Part shown: one piece after another, positions 1 to 8,695 of the stretch
How positions within the stretch are numbered: the first letter of the stretch is position 1
Layout of the letters: the number at the start of each line of letters is the position of its first letter
Assembly: GCA_963791795.1 (NCBI GenBank)
Contig: CAWBTP010000035.1
Location: 35,578 to 99,577 of the forward strand
Direction of reading: 5' to 3'
DNA from: an uncultured Acidimicrobiia bacterium
GTDB lineage: Bacteria > Acidobacteriota > Terriglobia > Versatilivoradales > Versatilivoraceae
Length of the DNA: 64,000 bases
The notes under the pieces: model-generated
Told to the model about the DNA's origin: nothing
What the model saw: only the letters and a program-made list of their open reading frames with translations
The model's database searches: none
Made by a program: the position numbers and the translations under genes

Positions 1-159
1 CAACTGATCGAAGAAAGTGACGCTGTCATCCGAAGATCGAACGCCCTGATCAAACGGTCTGCAGAAATTAGGAACGAAACCAAGGCCCTCATCCGACGGT
101 CTGCCAACGGCACCGTTGAACCGCTAAAGTTGGAACCCAAACCCAATAAGGTCTCTTAA
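1..159 (+). CDS. hypothetical protein, C-terminal fragment running off the left edge; helical with repeated LI(K/R)RS motif
   Basis: Frame 1 is open from base 1 to TAA at 157-159. It translates QLIEESDAVIRRSNALIKRSAEIRNETKALIRRSANGTVEPLKLEPKPNKVS. The same motif style recurs in the next small ORF. Confidence 0.3.
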   Translation, partial: QLIEESDAVIRRSNALIKRSAEIRNETKALIRRSANGTVEPLKLEPKPNKVS

Positions 160-225
160 CCCTTACACTTCCCTCAGGTTTTACCTAATCGACAAGGCCG
201 GATCGACTATCAAAGAATCCGCCCT

Positions 226-390
226 ATGGGAAAAGAACACTCGGACCACATCAGACGGGATTGCAAGCGTCTGATACGTGAAGCAAAGGAACTCATCAAG
301 CGATCTCGCGACGTCCTTAAGGGCGATGCCAGGCGGTTCGGAGGCCTTAGGCCTGCCATCGCCAAAAAGAAAAAGCAAAGCAGCAGCTAG
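226..390 (+). CDS. small basic helical protein (54 aa), below the ORF-track cutoff
   Basis: ATG 226 to TAG 388-390. It translates MGKEHSDHIRRDCKRLIREAKELIKRSRDVLKGDARRFGGLRPAIAKKKKQSSS, sharing the xLI(K/R)RS style with the upstream fragment. There is no clear SD. Confidence 0.3.
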   Translation: MGKEHSDHIRRDCKRLIREAKELIKRSRDVLKGDARRFGGLRPAIAKKKKQSSS

Positions 391-1119
391 CGCCTCATCC
401 CGCTACAGCTCTCGATTTGACCAGTAGAATCACAATCGCCAGGATTTCCCGATCTGAGCCCTGGTAGCAGGCCTCCAGCGTTTCAAGCGCCAGCAAAATC
501 TTAAGCCCTTCCTATGCCAACTGCGCGTTGATGGCGGTCTGTAGCAGGGTGAGGACCTCGTGCCTGTAGGCTTGGAGATCAGTGTCCACTTTTGACCGTA
601 TTTCTTAGAAACGGGCTGTCACGCTTGAGCGATGTGGAATTTGATCCAAAGGCTTACGCCAGTGCTTCGATTTGTGAAAACAGAATGCCGATGCCAATAC
701 TGGTATCGAATCAGCCGAGGAACGTTCAGGACGAAGATCTATTGCGTAAGGTGCCGTAAACTGCTGGTTATTGCGTACCATCCTTGGCCGATCCTCTGAG
801 GATTCGAAGCTTTCTACACGGACTCGTTGCCATAGCGCGGCCCCGACGATCTTCACTCGTTCTGTGGTCGTGAAAGACCACCCTGCCATCAATTACAGGT
901 ATTCTGCAAGGTTCCTTACGTGAAAATCTCCCCGAATAGTTGTGCATTGGCGCATTGTCCTGACTGTAACCTGTCAGGCCGTGCGTCCCGAGCCAATGGC
1001 ACTACAAATCCGCTCGCACTGAAAGCCCAGGTTGTATGAATTCAAGACCATTGTCTCGCTTCGGGAAGCACCGCGAAAGGGAGTTTCCGACGCGAATCTC
1101 ACATGGATGGAGTCCAAAA

Positions 1120-2202
1120 ATGCCAGCCTGGATTGCTCTTGTGACCATCATGGCGTGGGTTGCCTTTCTGTCGGAGGTTCGTGCCGAGACCGCGCTGGTC
1201 CCGCTTTACCAGGATGTCCTGCAAGACTGCAAAGGGGCATCCCAATCCACGCGGGAAACAATCATTCGGACCGCTTTAGCAAGTGGCCAGGCGAGAGCAC
1301 TCCATGTGTCGTCTGCAATTGTTCAGGACGTTTCTGATCGGGAGCCTGACCCCAATCCGGCCTATATTGCGTCGTCCGTTGGCCTGTGCGGTGTGACTGT
1401 GAGTGACCCAGCGCGCGCGGCCTCATTGAGTGAGAAACTCCATCTGAAGATTGTACAGCTGGGCCCCAGCATCATGGCAACCGGCACCTTGCGCCTCGTG
1501 GCCAGCAAGCGCTACGAGGACTTCAACGTGAGGTATATCGTGATTGTCCCCACCCGGGCAGAGTTCGACACATTCCGCAAAGGCGAGCGAGTTTCCTTCA
1601 CAGCCGAAGCCGTTGGGGTCCGCCAGCGGCCAGAGGCTCTTGAAGTTACCGCGGTTTTGCAGTCACTGGAACCGACGTCAGCGCCTCATTCGACGGAAGC
1701 CTTGCTGATCGCTCGCTATCAGGATGTGCTGAAGAATTGTGAGGGGGCGTCCCCAAAGACGCGGACGGTCATCGTGACAAGCGCGCTACGGCGGGCGGTG
1801 CAAAACAGCCTCGCCGGTCAGGAGGCTAGTGTTTCGTCGGCTATCGTTCTGGGCGTTTTTCAGCCGTACGACGACCGCCATCCGGCTCTAGCTGCTTCGT
1901 CGGCGGGCCTTTGTTCTGTTTCTGTGAACGATGAAGACCTGGCCCGATCCCTCGCATCCAAACACAAGTTCAAAACGAAAAGCGACGATAAGACTGTGAT
2001 CGTCCAGGATGTATCGCGGATTGTCGCCAGCAAGCGGTATTCCGACTTCGAAGTCAGGTACACACTCATAGTCCCCAATGGATCAAGCCTTACCCTTCCT
2101 CGCCCGGGCCAACGAATCTCTTTTTCAGCCTTGTTCTCAGGGGCAAGCGACCTCGGGACGCTGGAACTTACGGCTGTGCTGACCAAACTGGACCCCGAGT
2201 AG
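1120..2202 (+). CDS. secreted hypothetical protein built from two tandem ~175-aa repeats
   Basis: The ORF is in the track. Internal ATG 1120 is preceded by GGAG about 7 nt upstream and followed by the signal-like MPAWIALVTIMAWVAFLSEVRA. The two halves align (YQDVLQDCKGAS/YQDVLKNCEGAS; VASKRYEDFNVRYIVIVP/VASKRYSDFEVRYTLIVP). Confidence 0.6.
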   Translation: MPAWIALVTIMAWVAFLSEVRAETALVPLYQDVLQDCKGASQSTRETIIRTALASGQARALHVSSAIVQDVSDREPDPNPAYIASSVGLCGVTVSDPARAASLSEKLHLKIVQLGPSIMATGTLRLVASKRYEDFNVRYIVIVPTRAEFDTFRKGERVSFTAEAVGVRQRPEALEVTAVLQSLEPTSAPHSTEALLIARYQDVLKNCEGASPKTRTVIVTSALRRAVQNSLAGQEASVSSAIVLGVFQPYDDRHPALAASSAGLCSVSVNDEDLARSLASKHKFKTKSDDKTVIVQDVSRIVASKRYSDFEVRYTLIVPNGSSLTLPRPGQRISFSALFSGASDLGTLELTAVLTKLDPE

Positions 2203-2278
2203 GGAACCATCGCTACTAAAACTGTCCTTTCCGGATGATGACATTCAGCCATTCGACGAACGAAAGACCTGATTCCAT

Positions 2279-2499
2279 AGACCGCGAGGGCTGGCTGTTG
2301 AGCTGAAGTGGGACGGCTTCGGCACGATCGCTGAGACTGACGGGGCAGGGAAGCTACAGCTCTAGAGCCGCAACACGAACGTGTTCAATAACGATTCCCT
2401 ACCATTGTCGAAGCCCTGCCGGAACTGAAAAGGCCAGCGATCCTGGACGGCAAGATTGGTGTGATCATGAGCGTGGCTTCTGGTCTGCTCTATGATTGA
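2279..2499 (+). pseudogene. relic of an ATP-dependent DNA ligase (LigD-type adenylation domain fragment)
   Basis: Reading across frames gives DREGWL | VELKWDGFGTIAETDGAGKLQL*SRNTNVFNN | FPTIVEALPELKRPAILDGKIGVI. Ligase motif I KxDG is present as KWDG and an LDG(E/K)I motif-III-like segment follows. The piece is interrupted by an in-frame TAG and at least 2 frameshifts and is truncated at both ends. Confidence 0.55.
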
Positions 2500-2948
2500 T
2501 CTTCTGAAAGAATTCCTAACCCACGAGCGAAACAGAGACCTGAGGACCTATGCGCTCGTGTTGCTGATCCTCGCGCTTGGAATCTTCGCGACCCAGTATT
2601 TGGCGGGCCGCCTAGTCCATACCCAAGTCGATCTCATCTCATTCAAGCCACAGCGCTAGACTTAGTCATCAAGACAACGGTTCCGAAAATGGCTGAGTCG
2701 TTCCCTTGATAGTTGTGCTGCAGCGTTTGCCCGCCCTCACGATCTCAAGCGGATCCTGTGCCAGCAGCGACATAGAATCGACCCTTGTGACATCCATCAA
2801 TACCGCAAGAGGGCCCACCTGCTGTCAGTAGTCTCTCAGAGACTTGCACTCTTGGCGTTCCAACCTACAACCTTCCTGCGGACTAGGCTGCAGTCTAGTC
2901 CCGCAACCTGGCACCATCCACCAAGCCGCCCGAAGCCCCGAGCTGGCG

Positions 2949-3266
2949 CTAATGCGGCGAGTCCGCCTTTTCTTGCAGGATTTTCGAAAGAATTAGAAGC
3001 GCTTCCTGCTCAGTTAGAGCTTCGCCGCGGCCGTCTCTCTCGATTTCGAGTAGTAGCTGCGCGGCTTCGCCAGAAAACATTTCGACAATGGCAAGATCTC
3101 TCACACCTTGTTGGAATTCAGGAGATTCTCGATCCTCGGGAGGAGCCGCACTGAAAACCTCAACCATCTGCTGAAGTTTGATCCTCAAATTCTTCCTGTC
3201 TTCTTCGAGCATGGCCTTTCCAACCTCCTGGTAAAGGTTTCTCAGTTCGTCATCGAGATTGTCCAT
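2949..3266 (-). CDS. hypothetical acidic helical protein (105 aa)
   Basis: ATG at 3266 has GAGGTG 6 nt upstream. No family recognised. Confidence 0.45.
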   Translation of the reverse strand: MDNLDDELRNLYQEVGKAMLEEDRKNLRIKLQQMVEVFSAAPPEDRESPEFQQGVRDLAIVEMFSGEAAQLLLEIERDGRGEALTEQEALLILSKILQEKADSPH

Positions 3267-3532
3267 AGGCTACACCTCGCTTGACAAAGGCGGGAGGTCT
3301 GCGAAAAACCGGCGACTCGAAGTCCTCCCACTCACAGGTCACCACTCAACAGCGAAAAGAACCAAAACTCCAGCAAAAAAACATCAGGAAAGAGTGTGCC
3401 CCAACGGATCCACTTCACAAAACTTTACGTCTGATTGAGCTGTTGGGACACCCCATTCCTGACAACTTGCATCTGATTGACCACTAGTAGTTGAGCCGCT
3501 CGTTGAGCGGTGTACCCGTGAGGAGTATTTCT

Positions 3533-4531
3533 ATGAAATGGAGAGTTTTAGTCCTCAGCGCTGTTTTGGGTGCAAGCCATGTCTCCCAGAGCTTGCTCCT
3601 CGCAGATGCTAAGAATTCCAATGTTGAGGACATCGGAAACCGCGACATCAACAAAGGAAACTGGAACTTTACGTCTCTCGAAAAAGAGATCGCGTTGGGT
3701 CGGTCCCTGGCAACTGAGATTGAGAAGCAGGTGAAGCTGGTCAAGGATCCGGAGATCACGGAATACGTCAGCCGGGTGGGGCAGAACATCGTCCGCAATT
3801 CAGACGCGAAGGTTCCTTTCACAATCAAGGTGATCGATTCGGAAGAGATCAATGCTTTCGCGCTTCCGGGCGGCTTTCTTTATGTCAACTCGGGATTGAT
3901 CACGACAGCCGATGAGGAATCTGAACTAGCGGGTGTGCTGGCCCACGAGATTGCCCATGTGACCGCTCGTCATGGCACCGAACAACATGCCAAAGCCACG
4001 ATCGCAGATCTCGCGAGAATTCCTCTGGTAATTTTCAGCGGTGGCCTGGCACAGCTGGTCTACAACGTCTACGGCTTGGTAGTCCCGCTCCAGTTTCTGC
4101 AGTTCAGCCGAGGGGCCGAGGCTGAGGCCGACTACCTGGGTGTGCAGTACTTGTATAAGACCGGTTACGACCCGGCCGCGTTCATCTCTTACTTCGAAAA
4201 GGTCCAGGCTCAGGAAAAAAAGAAGCCGGGCAAGCTATCCAAGATATTTTCAACGCATCCCCCAACGGCGGCTCGCATAGAAAAATCTCAGAAGAACATC
4301 GCGACGGTTCTGCCCGAGCGGGATGAATACGTCTTGTCAACCTCAGAATTCGACAAGATTAAGGCAAAATTGATTGCCTTGGACAATGCAAGAAAACCAG
4401 CTCCGGGCGAGGAGTCAAAGCGGCCCACACTGAAACGCCGCACTCGAACGGACGATGGAGCTGACGAGCCTCAACCGGCGGACGACGATCGCCCAACTCT
4501 GAAACGAAGGACGCCTCAGACACTTTCCTAA
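3533..4531 (+). CDS. M48 family zinc metallopeptidase (BepA/YfgC-like), secreted
   Basis: AGGAG lies 7 nt before ATG 3533, followed by the signal-like MKWRVLVLSAVLGA. It carries an HEIAHV (HExxH) motif and ALPGGFLYVNSGL typical of M48. The basic C-terminal tail has a duplicated RPTLKRRT. Confidence 0.85.
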   Translation: MKWRVLVLSAVLGASHVSQSLLLADAKNSNVEDIGNRDINKGNWNFTSLEKEIALGRSLATEIEKQVKLVKDPEITEYVSRVGQNIVRNSDAKVPFTIKVIDSEEINAFALPGGFLYVNSGLITTADEESELAGVLAHEIAHVTARHGTEQHAKATIADLARIPLVIFSGGLAQLVYNVYGLVVPLQFLQFSRGAEAEADYLGVQYLYKTGYDPAAFISYFEKVQAQEKKKPGKLSKIFSTHPPTAARIEKSQKNIATVLPERDEYVLSTSEFDKIKAKLIALDNARKPAPGEESKRPTLKRRTRTDDGADEPQPADDDRPTLKRRTPQTLS

Positions 4532-4998
4532 TGCGTTTGGCTGTGGGCCGGTACGGGTCGGCCCATTCGCCACACCATGGGACCGAAACTGCACATCGGA
4601 CGTATCGCTTCTGTTGATCACGGTCGTCCTGATACTGATGTAGGTCTCAGCCTAAACATCCAAAAATTACCCACGCTGGGAATTTCTACTGACAGCTTCC
4701 AGTGCCCAGGCCACAAAGTTCGCTGAAGATGAAGGACGTAGGCTCATGGACTCCAATCTGCACTACTCTGACTGATCCGTGATGGCAGGAAGAGGAGAGG
4801 CGCTGGAAAAACCCTCCCGAAAAAACTCCACAAAGAATTGTTTGCTAACCTGTCATCACTTACTTGTTCCCCTTTTCCCCCTCCATTCCAGCGCTTATCT
4901 TATGTCAGTGTCTCTTGACAGACCTCGGCACCGATTTTTAAGCAAACAACCAACACCTACATGTCCCTTGGCGATTGCGGGGAAGCGCTGTCGCAGAT

Positions 4999-5358
4999 CT
5001 AGCCGTCCTCAGACGGCCTCTTGACGTGCTTGCCGCGGGCAGTGCCGGAAAGCTTAGTGTGGGAAACCTTGCCGCCACTCCTCTGGCTCACTGTTTCCGA
5101 AGCGCGTGCGGTCAAAGCTGGTTTCTTGTGTCCGCGCTCAGTGTGTGCGGCTTCACGTTTTTTCCTCTGAGTACTGAGCTTCGACCTATTGCCCTTGGAT
5201 AGCAATCGTTCCGGCTCGCTGGTCTGCCGATCGGCGTCTTCTTGCGAGAGGCGCCGCTTCACCACAAGGTATTCCGGTTGACCAGGAGTCAGATGAAAGC
5301 GACGCATCAAAACGGTTTCGAATTCAGAATCGTCTTGTGCTTGGATGTTTCCTCTCAT
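4999..5358 (-). CDS. small Lys/Arg-rich hypothetical protein (119 aa)
   Basis: ATG 5358 is preceded by AGGAGAGG 3 nt upstream (AGGAG core 6 nt) and starts 17 nt after the stop of the upstream small ORF, giving a bicistronic layout. Confidence 0.45.
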   Translation of the reverse strand: MRGNIQAQDDSEFETVLMRRFHLTPGQPEYLVVKRRLSQEDADRQTSEPERLLSKGNRSKLSTQRKKREAAHTERGHKKPALTARASETVSQRSGGKVSHTKLSGTARGKHVKRPSEDG

Positions 5359-5375
5359 GAACCTCTCCTACGGGG

Positions 5376-5582
5376 TCAATGCCTCCGACCGGCTTCTTCC
5401 TTTGTTTTTCGCGAAGCCGTATTGGTTTTGCGGCTTTTCCCAGGGTGGCGCGTCTGTTCCGATGCCTCTTTCGCGGCTGATGCAAACTCCCGCTTATGGT
5501 CCTCGTGAACCGTGTTCTGTCCCACAGGTTCGCGTCCTGCGGTCTTGTAATGATCTGGGTGCACATTGCTTTTCTTAGCCAT
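5376..5582 (-). CDS. small basic hypothetical protein (68 aa, MAKKSNVHPDHYKTAGR...)
   Basis: ATG 5582 has GGAGAAAGG about 9 nt upstream. It is first in a two-gene small-protein unit. Confidence 0.5.
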   Translation of the reverse strand: MAKKSNVHPDHYKTAGREPVGQNTVHEDHKREFASAAKEASEQTRHPGKSRKTNTASRKTKEEAGRRH

Positions 5583-5593
5583 CTAGGTCGACC

Positions 5594-5620
5594 TTTCTCC
5601 CGACGGTTAGCCGGGAGAAA
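5594..5620 (-). promoter_or_regulatory. 5' leader hairpin overlapping the Shine-Dalgarno of the 68-aa ORF
   Basis: The 9-bp arms TTTCTCCCG (5594-5602) and CGGGAGAAA (5612-5620) flank a 9-nt loop. On the minus-strand mRNA the 3' arm contains the GGAG of the SD. Confidence 0.3.
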
Positions 5621-5848
5621 AGCATAGCGATACTCCTGGCACTCCCACCGTTCAGTTTTGCTCAACTGCGGTCTCCCTTCCAGCGCATGAGGGCGGGACT
5701 GTGGGCAAAAACTACTCTAGTGAGAAGACTCTCCCCGCCGATGGCATCGTGCCCAAACACGTCTCAAAAGGAGAAGCCTGCATCGGGCAGGCATCTTCCA
5801 GTGCTGGCGCTTGGCGTGCATTTAAACAGGGCGACATAAGTAAATTCG

Positions 5849-5959
5849 CATGATCATCGCTCCGCTGTGGCTACCCCCTCACCCCCAGCCCCTCTCCCCG
5901 TGGGAGAGGGTGGCCGAAGGCCGGGTGAGGGTGCGATGGAATTAACGACGCTGTGTATA
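5849..5959. repeat. intergenic repeat family C, copy 1 (GC-rich, internally palindromic, about 111 bp)
   Basis: About 95% identical (5 mismatches by hand alignment) to the reverse complement of 56621-56731. It contains CCCTCACCC...GGGTGAGGG arms. Confidence 0.85.
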
Positions 5960-5981
5960 GCAATTCAAAAAGGAGGCAGTC

Positions 5982-6161
5982 ATGTCTTCACTCGCGATTT
6001 ATCTTATCGGACTCGTGGTTTTCGTGGCCGGGCTGGTCTATGGAGCCCATTTGCTCCATGTGCCTGAGAAGTGGATTGGTGTTGGCGTGGTGGTGTTGAT
6101 CGGGCTTGGCGTTCCAATGGGAGCAGTCAAAACCCGGCAAAGAGATTCTTCCGGAGGTTAG
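5982..6161 (+). CDS. small two-TM membrane protein (59 aa), missed by the ORF track
   Basis: AAAGGAGG lies 5-6 nt before ATG 5982. It translates MSSLAIYLIGLVVFVAGLVYGAHLLHVPEKWIGVGVVVLIGLGVPMGAVKTRQRDSSGG, with TAG at 6159-6161. Confidence 0.55.
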   Translation: MSSLAIYLIGLVVFVAGLVYGAHLLHVPEKWIGVGVVVLIGLGVPMGAVKTRQRDSSGG

Positions 6162-6162
6162 G

Positions 6163-6644
6163 ATGAAATTTCTGCCCCGCAGTGGGGGTTCTCGTATGGA
6201 GTCTGTGCTGTGCCGTCCGCTAAGCTCAGCGGCTTGGCTACTACCTTCGTTCTCTTGTTACGAGTTCTGTGAGCCTCGTCCAAACCGATGGACAGGCACG
6301 ATCCGCCGGCCGTACTTTTCAACCTCAAACCGGCAAGCAGCATTGAAAGAGGATCCCCGGTATTTCCCCTCGACAAGGACTGGTTTCTGGCAGCGGACTG
6401 CGCATGCGGTGACTCATACAGTAATGGTTCAGAACGACCACAATCGTCGAGTGTTTTCGGTCGGGAGAGTCACTGGAACGCTGGGTGGCAGCTTCATTTT
6501 CCAGGGCGTGGCATCCAGAACGCCAGCAAACGATGGCTCATGCTCTGCGCAATGCGGGGCTTTCCCTGGGTACCGAAGCAGGGCTGGGATGTATTGCGAG
6601 AGTTCTGGCCTGAGACTAAGAAGGCTTTTCGCAAGGGGGAATAA
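6163..6644 (+). pseudogene. frame-disrupted hypothetical protein (C-terminus ...GLSLGTEAGL/DVLREFWPETKKAFRKGE)
   Basis: A sensible protein is obtained only by moving frame 1->2->0 near 6500 and 6590 (GTLGGSFI | SRAWHPERQQTMAHALRNAGLSLGTEAGL | DVLREFWPETKK). The N-terminus is also unclear. Confidence 0.3.
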
Positions 6645-6763
6645 CGTTCGGCCGCAATCGAGGAATCCTTCCTCCAACACGGGGACGAGAACGACCTCGG
6701 CTCTGGAAGATCAGCCGTAGACATACGCCTTGACCGAAGGAGTGCTTGACGGTGGATATCCGG

Positions 6764-7087
6764 TCAATGCTTGCCCAAGGCTCGAAGAGACAAGTTTCCT
6801 GACTCAGCGAGAAGGAATTGGAGGGGCTTGTGGCGGCGCTTCTCAGCTTGTGTCGTCTGCGGCGGATAGACCATCACTGTTACACGAGCTGCCCGTTTGT
6901 CGGGCGTTGCAGGATCTTCTCCCATTCCAATCGTCTTGATACGCTGGTCATCAAGTTTGAAATGCTCTGCCAAATGCTGGCGGACAACCATGGCCCGAGC
7001 TTGGGTCAGGATCAGATTTTCTTCTGATTCGCCTCGCACTCCGGAATAGGCAGCCACGACGATCAAGTCATAAGGCGTGCGCTCCAA
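6764..7087 (-). CDS. OmpA-like (peptidoglycan-associating) C-terminal domain, with no start or signal peptide of its own
   Basis: YDLIVVAAYSGVRGESEENLILTQARAMVVRQHL...IKTIGMGE...RVTVMVY fits the OmpA_C pattern. The frame stays open upstream to about 7215 (NIPAANRFEIDANDLFDKPDTAKF) without any ATG/GTG/TTG and overlaps the end of mlaD in the +1 frame. Confidence 0.6.
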   Translation of the reverse strand: MERTPYDLIVVAAYSGVRGESEENLILTQARAMVVRQHLAEHFKLDDQRIKTIGMGEDPATPDKRAARVTVMVYPPQTTQAEKRRHKPLQFLLAESGNLSLRALGKH

Positions 7088-7169
7088 TGTCGCGCCAATC
7101 CGGTTTAATGCCTTTTCATTTTTGAACTTCGCTGTGTCGGGTTTATCGAAGAGATCGTTGGCGTCAATT

Positions 7170-7943
7170 TCAAAGCGATTTGCGGCAGGGATGTTCCGGG
7201 AGTTTCGCGATAGCGTGCTTCGTTAGCTCCGTAGCATCCTTATAGCCTCGATTCTTGAAGAATCCGCGAAGGAACCAGTTACTCTTTAGCGCCTGCATGT
7301 TTTCCTGGAACGCCGTCATTCCAGCCTTGGCTTGGGTGACGGTATCGCGAGACTCGGCCACGGTGGCGCGCACCTGCTCGTAGATTTCCCGATTGTTGAT
7401 GAGTGCACCAGCAGTCCCCTGTCCCCGGTCAATTTTCGTTGTGATGGATCTCATGTCTGCTGTGGCGTCATTCACGTTATGCAGAGCCGATTGGGTGGTG
7501 TCCAGAATGCCCTCGGTCTTCTTGATGAGGTCGGAAAAATCCAACGGTGGCTGACTTTGCAAAGTATCCCCCTCATTGACAGGAGGTGCGTCTTTGGATC
7601 CAGCCATGATGGTGACATGCTTATTGCCTAAGAGCCCTTCGGTTTCGATGGAGACGACGGCGTCCTTGCGAATCAGTTTGCGCGTGGAGCTTTCAACGTC
7701 CATAACGACAAGGACTTTTTCTCCTGCCTGTCCGGGTAAACGGATCAAGTCTACGGTGCCCACGCGCACACCACCCAACCTCACTTCCGCGCCATTGCCC
7801 AGACCGGCGACGTTGTCGAACGGAGCCTGCAGCCGGTAGGTGCTGCTGAACAGGAAGTCCTTGTCGCCAATCCTGAAGACCACGAAAGTCAGTATCAGTA
7901 AAGCTCCTACAATGAATGCGCCCAAACGGGCTATGCGTGACAT
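7170..7943 (-). CDS. mlaD: MlaD/MCE family protein (ABC transporter periplasmic component)
   Basis: It has an N-terminal TM (LGAFIVGALLILTFVVF) and an MCE core (AGLGNGAEVRLGGVRVGTVDLI). Its start overlaps the mlaF stop. Confidence 0.8.
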   Translation of the reverse strand: MSRIARLGAFIVGALLILTFVVFRIGDKDFLFSSTYRLQAPFDNVAGLGNGAEVRLGGVRVGTVDLIRLPGQAGEKVLVVMDVESSTRKLIRKDAVVSIETEGLLGNKHVTIMAGSKDAPPVNEGDTLQSQPPLDFSDLIKKTEGILDTTQSALHNVNDATADMRSITTKIDRGQGTAGALINNREIYEQVRATVAESRDTVTQAKAGMTAFQENMQALKSNWFLRGFFKNRGYKDATELTKHAIAKLPEHPCRKSL

Positions 7944-8690
7944 GGCTCCTCCATGCCTTGCTTCACAAAAGCGGCAACAAGGGAATCCTGGCTGCGCTTA
8001 AGATCCTCAAAGGTTCCCTCGATACGAATGCTGCCCTCGTGGAGCATGGCGATACGATCAGAAACGGCTTGAACGGTCTGCATCTCGTGCGTCACAACGA
8101 CGGAAGACACGCTGCGGGCACGCTGCAATTGCAGAATCAGCTCATTGATCTCCCCAGCCGTGATCGGATCCAAACCGGCCGTGGGCTCATCCATCAGCAA
8201 TAGGTCAGGCTCCATCGCAAGAGCGCGCGCCAAGCCGACACGTTTCTTCATTCCACCCGAAATTTCCGCGGGCATCTTTGCCGAGGCCTCCTCCATTCCC
8301 ACCAGTGACAGCAGTTCTCGTACTTTGTCCCGTCGCTCGTTTTCAGGCATGCGCGTGTGCCGCCGCAGCGGAAAAGCAACGTTCTCTTCCACGCTCAACG
8401 AATCGTAGAGAGCGGAGTATTGAAAGAGAAAACCGATCTTCTTGCGGACGTCGTCGAGTTGATCGGTTTTCATGGTGGTCACTTCAGCACCTTTGATCCG
8501 AATCGAACCAGAATCGGGTTTTTGCAATCCAATGATCAACTTCAACAATACGCTCTTCCCGGTGCCACTGCGGCCGAGCACCGTCAGAGTCTCTCCCTTG
8601 TTGACGTCAAGGTCGATTCCATCGAGGACCTTTTGCTCTCCGAAGGCCTTTCGTCAGTTCGCGAATCTGAAGCAGCGGTTCGTTTTCCAT
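7931..8690 (-). CDS. mlaF: ABC transporter ATP-binding protein (MlaF-like), with one +1 frame break near 8645-8651
   Basis: It carries Walker A GRSGTGKS, signature ISGGMKKRVGLARAL and Walker B LLLMDEPTAGLD. The N-terminus MENEPLLQIRELTK (ATG 8690, 5 nt after the mlaE stop) joins AFGEQKVLDGIDLDVNKGETLTVLGRSGTGKS if one G in AAAGGCC is removed. Confidence 0.8.
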
Positions 8691-8695
8691 AAGCG

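Noticed and set aside
181-378. Track ORF 181-378 (minus, 65 aa).
   Set aside because: It has no SD or motifs, and the opposite strand carries an ORF whose motif matches its neighbour.
3281-3487. Track ORF 3281-3487 and a TTGACA at 3281-3286 as a gene/promoter pair.
   Set aside because: The ORF is low-complexity Lys/Gln-rich in a divergent promoter region, and no acceptable -10 lies at 16-18 nt spacing.
5867-6067. Track ORFs translating PLPxGEGGRRPGEG, PLxKGDxxG or VIPAKRSASRNP-type peptides (5867-6067, 18356-18550, 18373-18558, 18589-18771, 24404-24604, 41944-42261, 52913-53116, 56519-56872).
   Set aside because: They sit exactly on the intergenic repeat families A, B and C and are read in both orientations at different copies. 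They are repeat artefacts, not genes.
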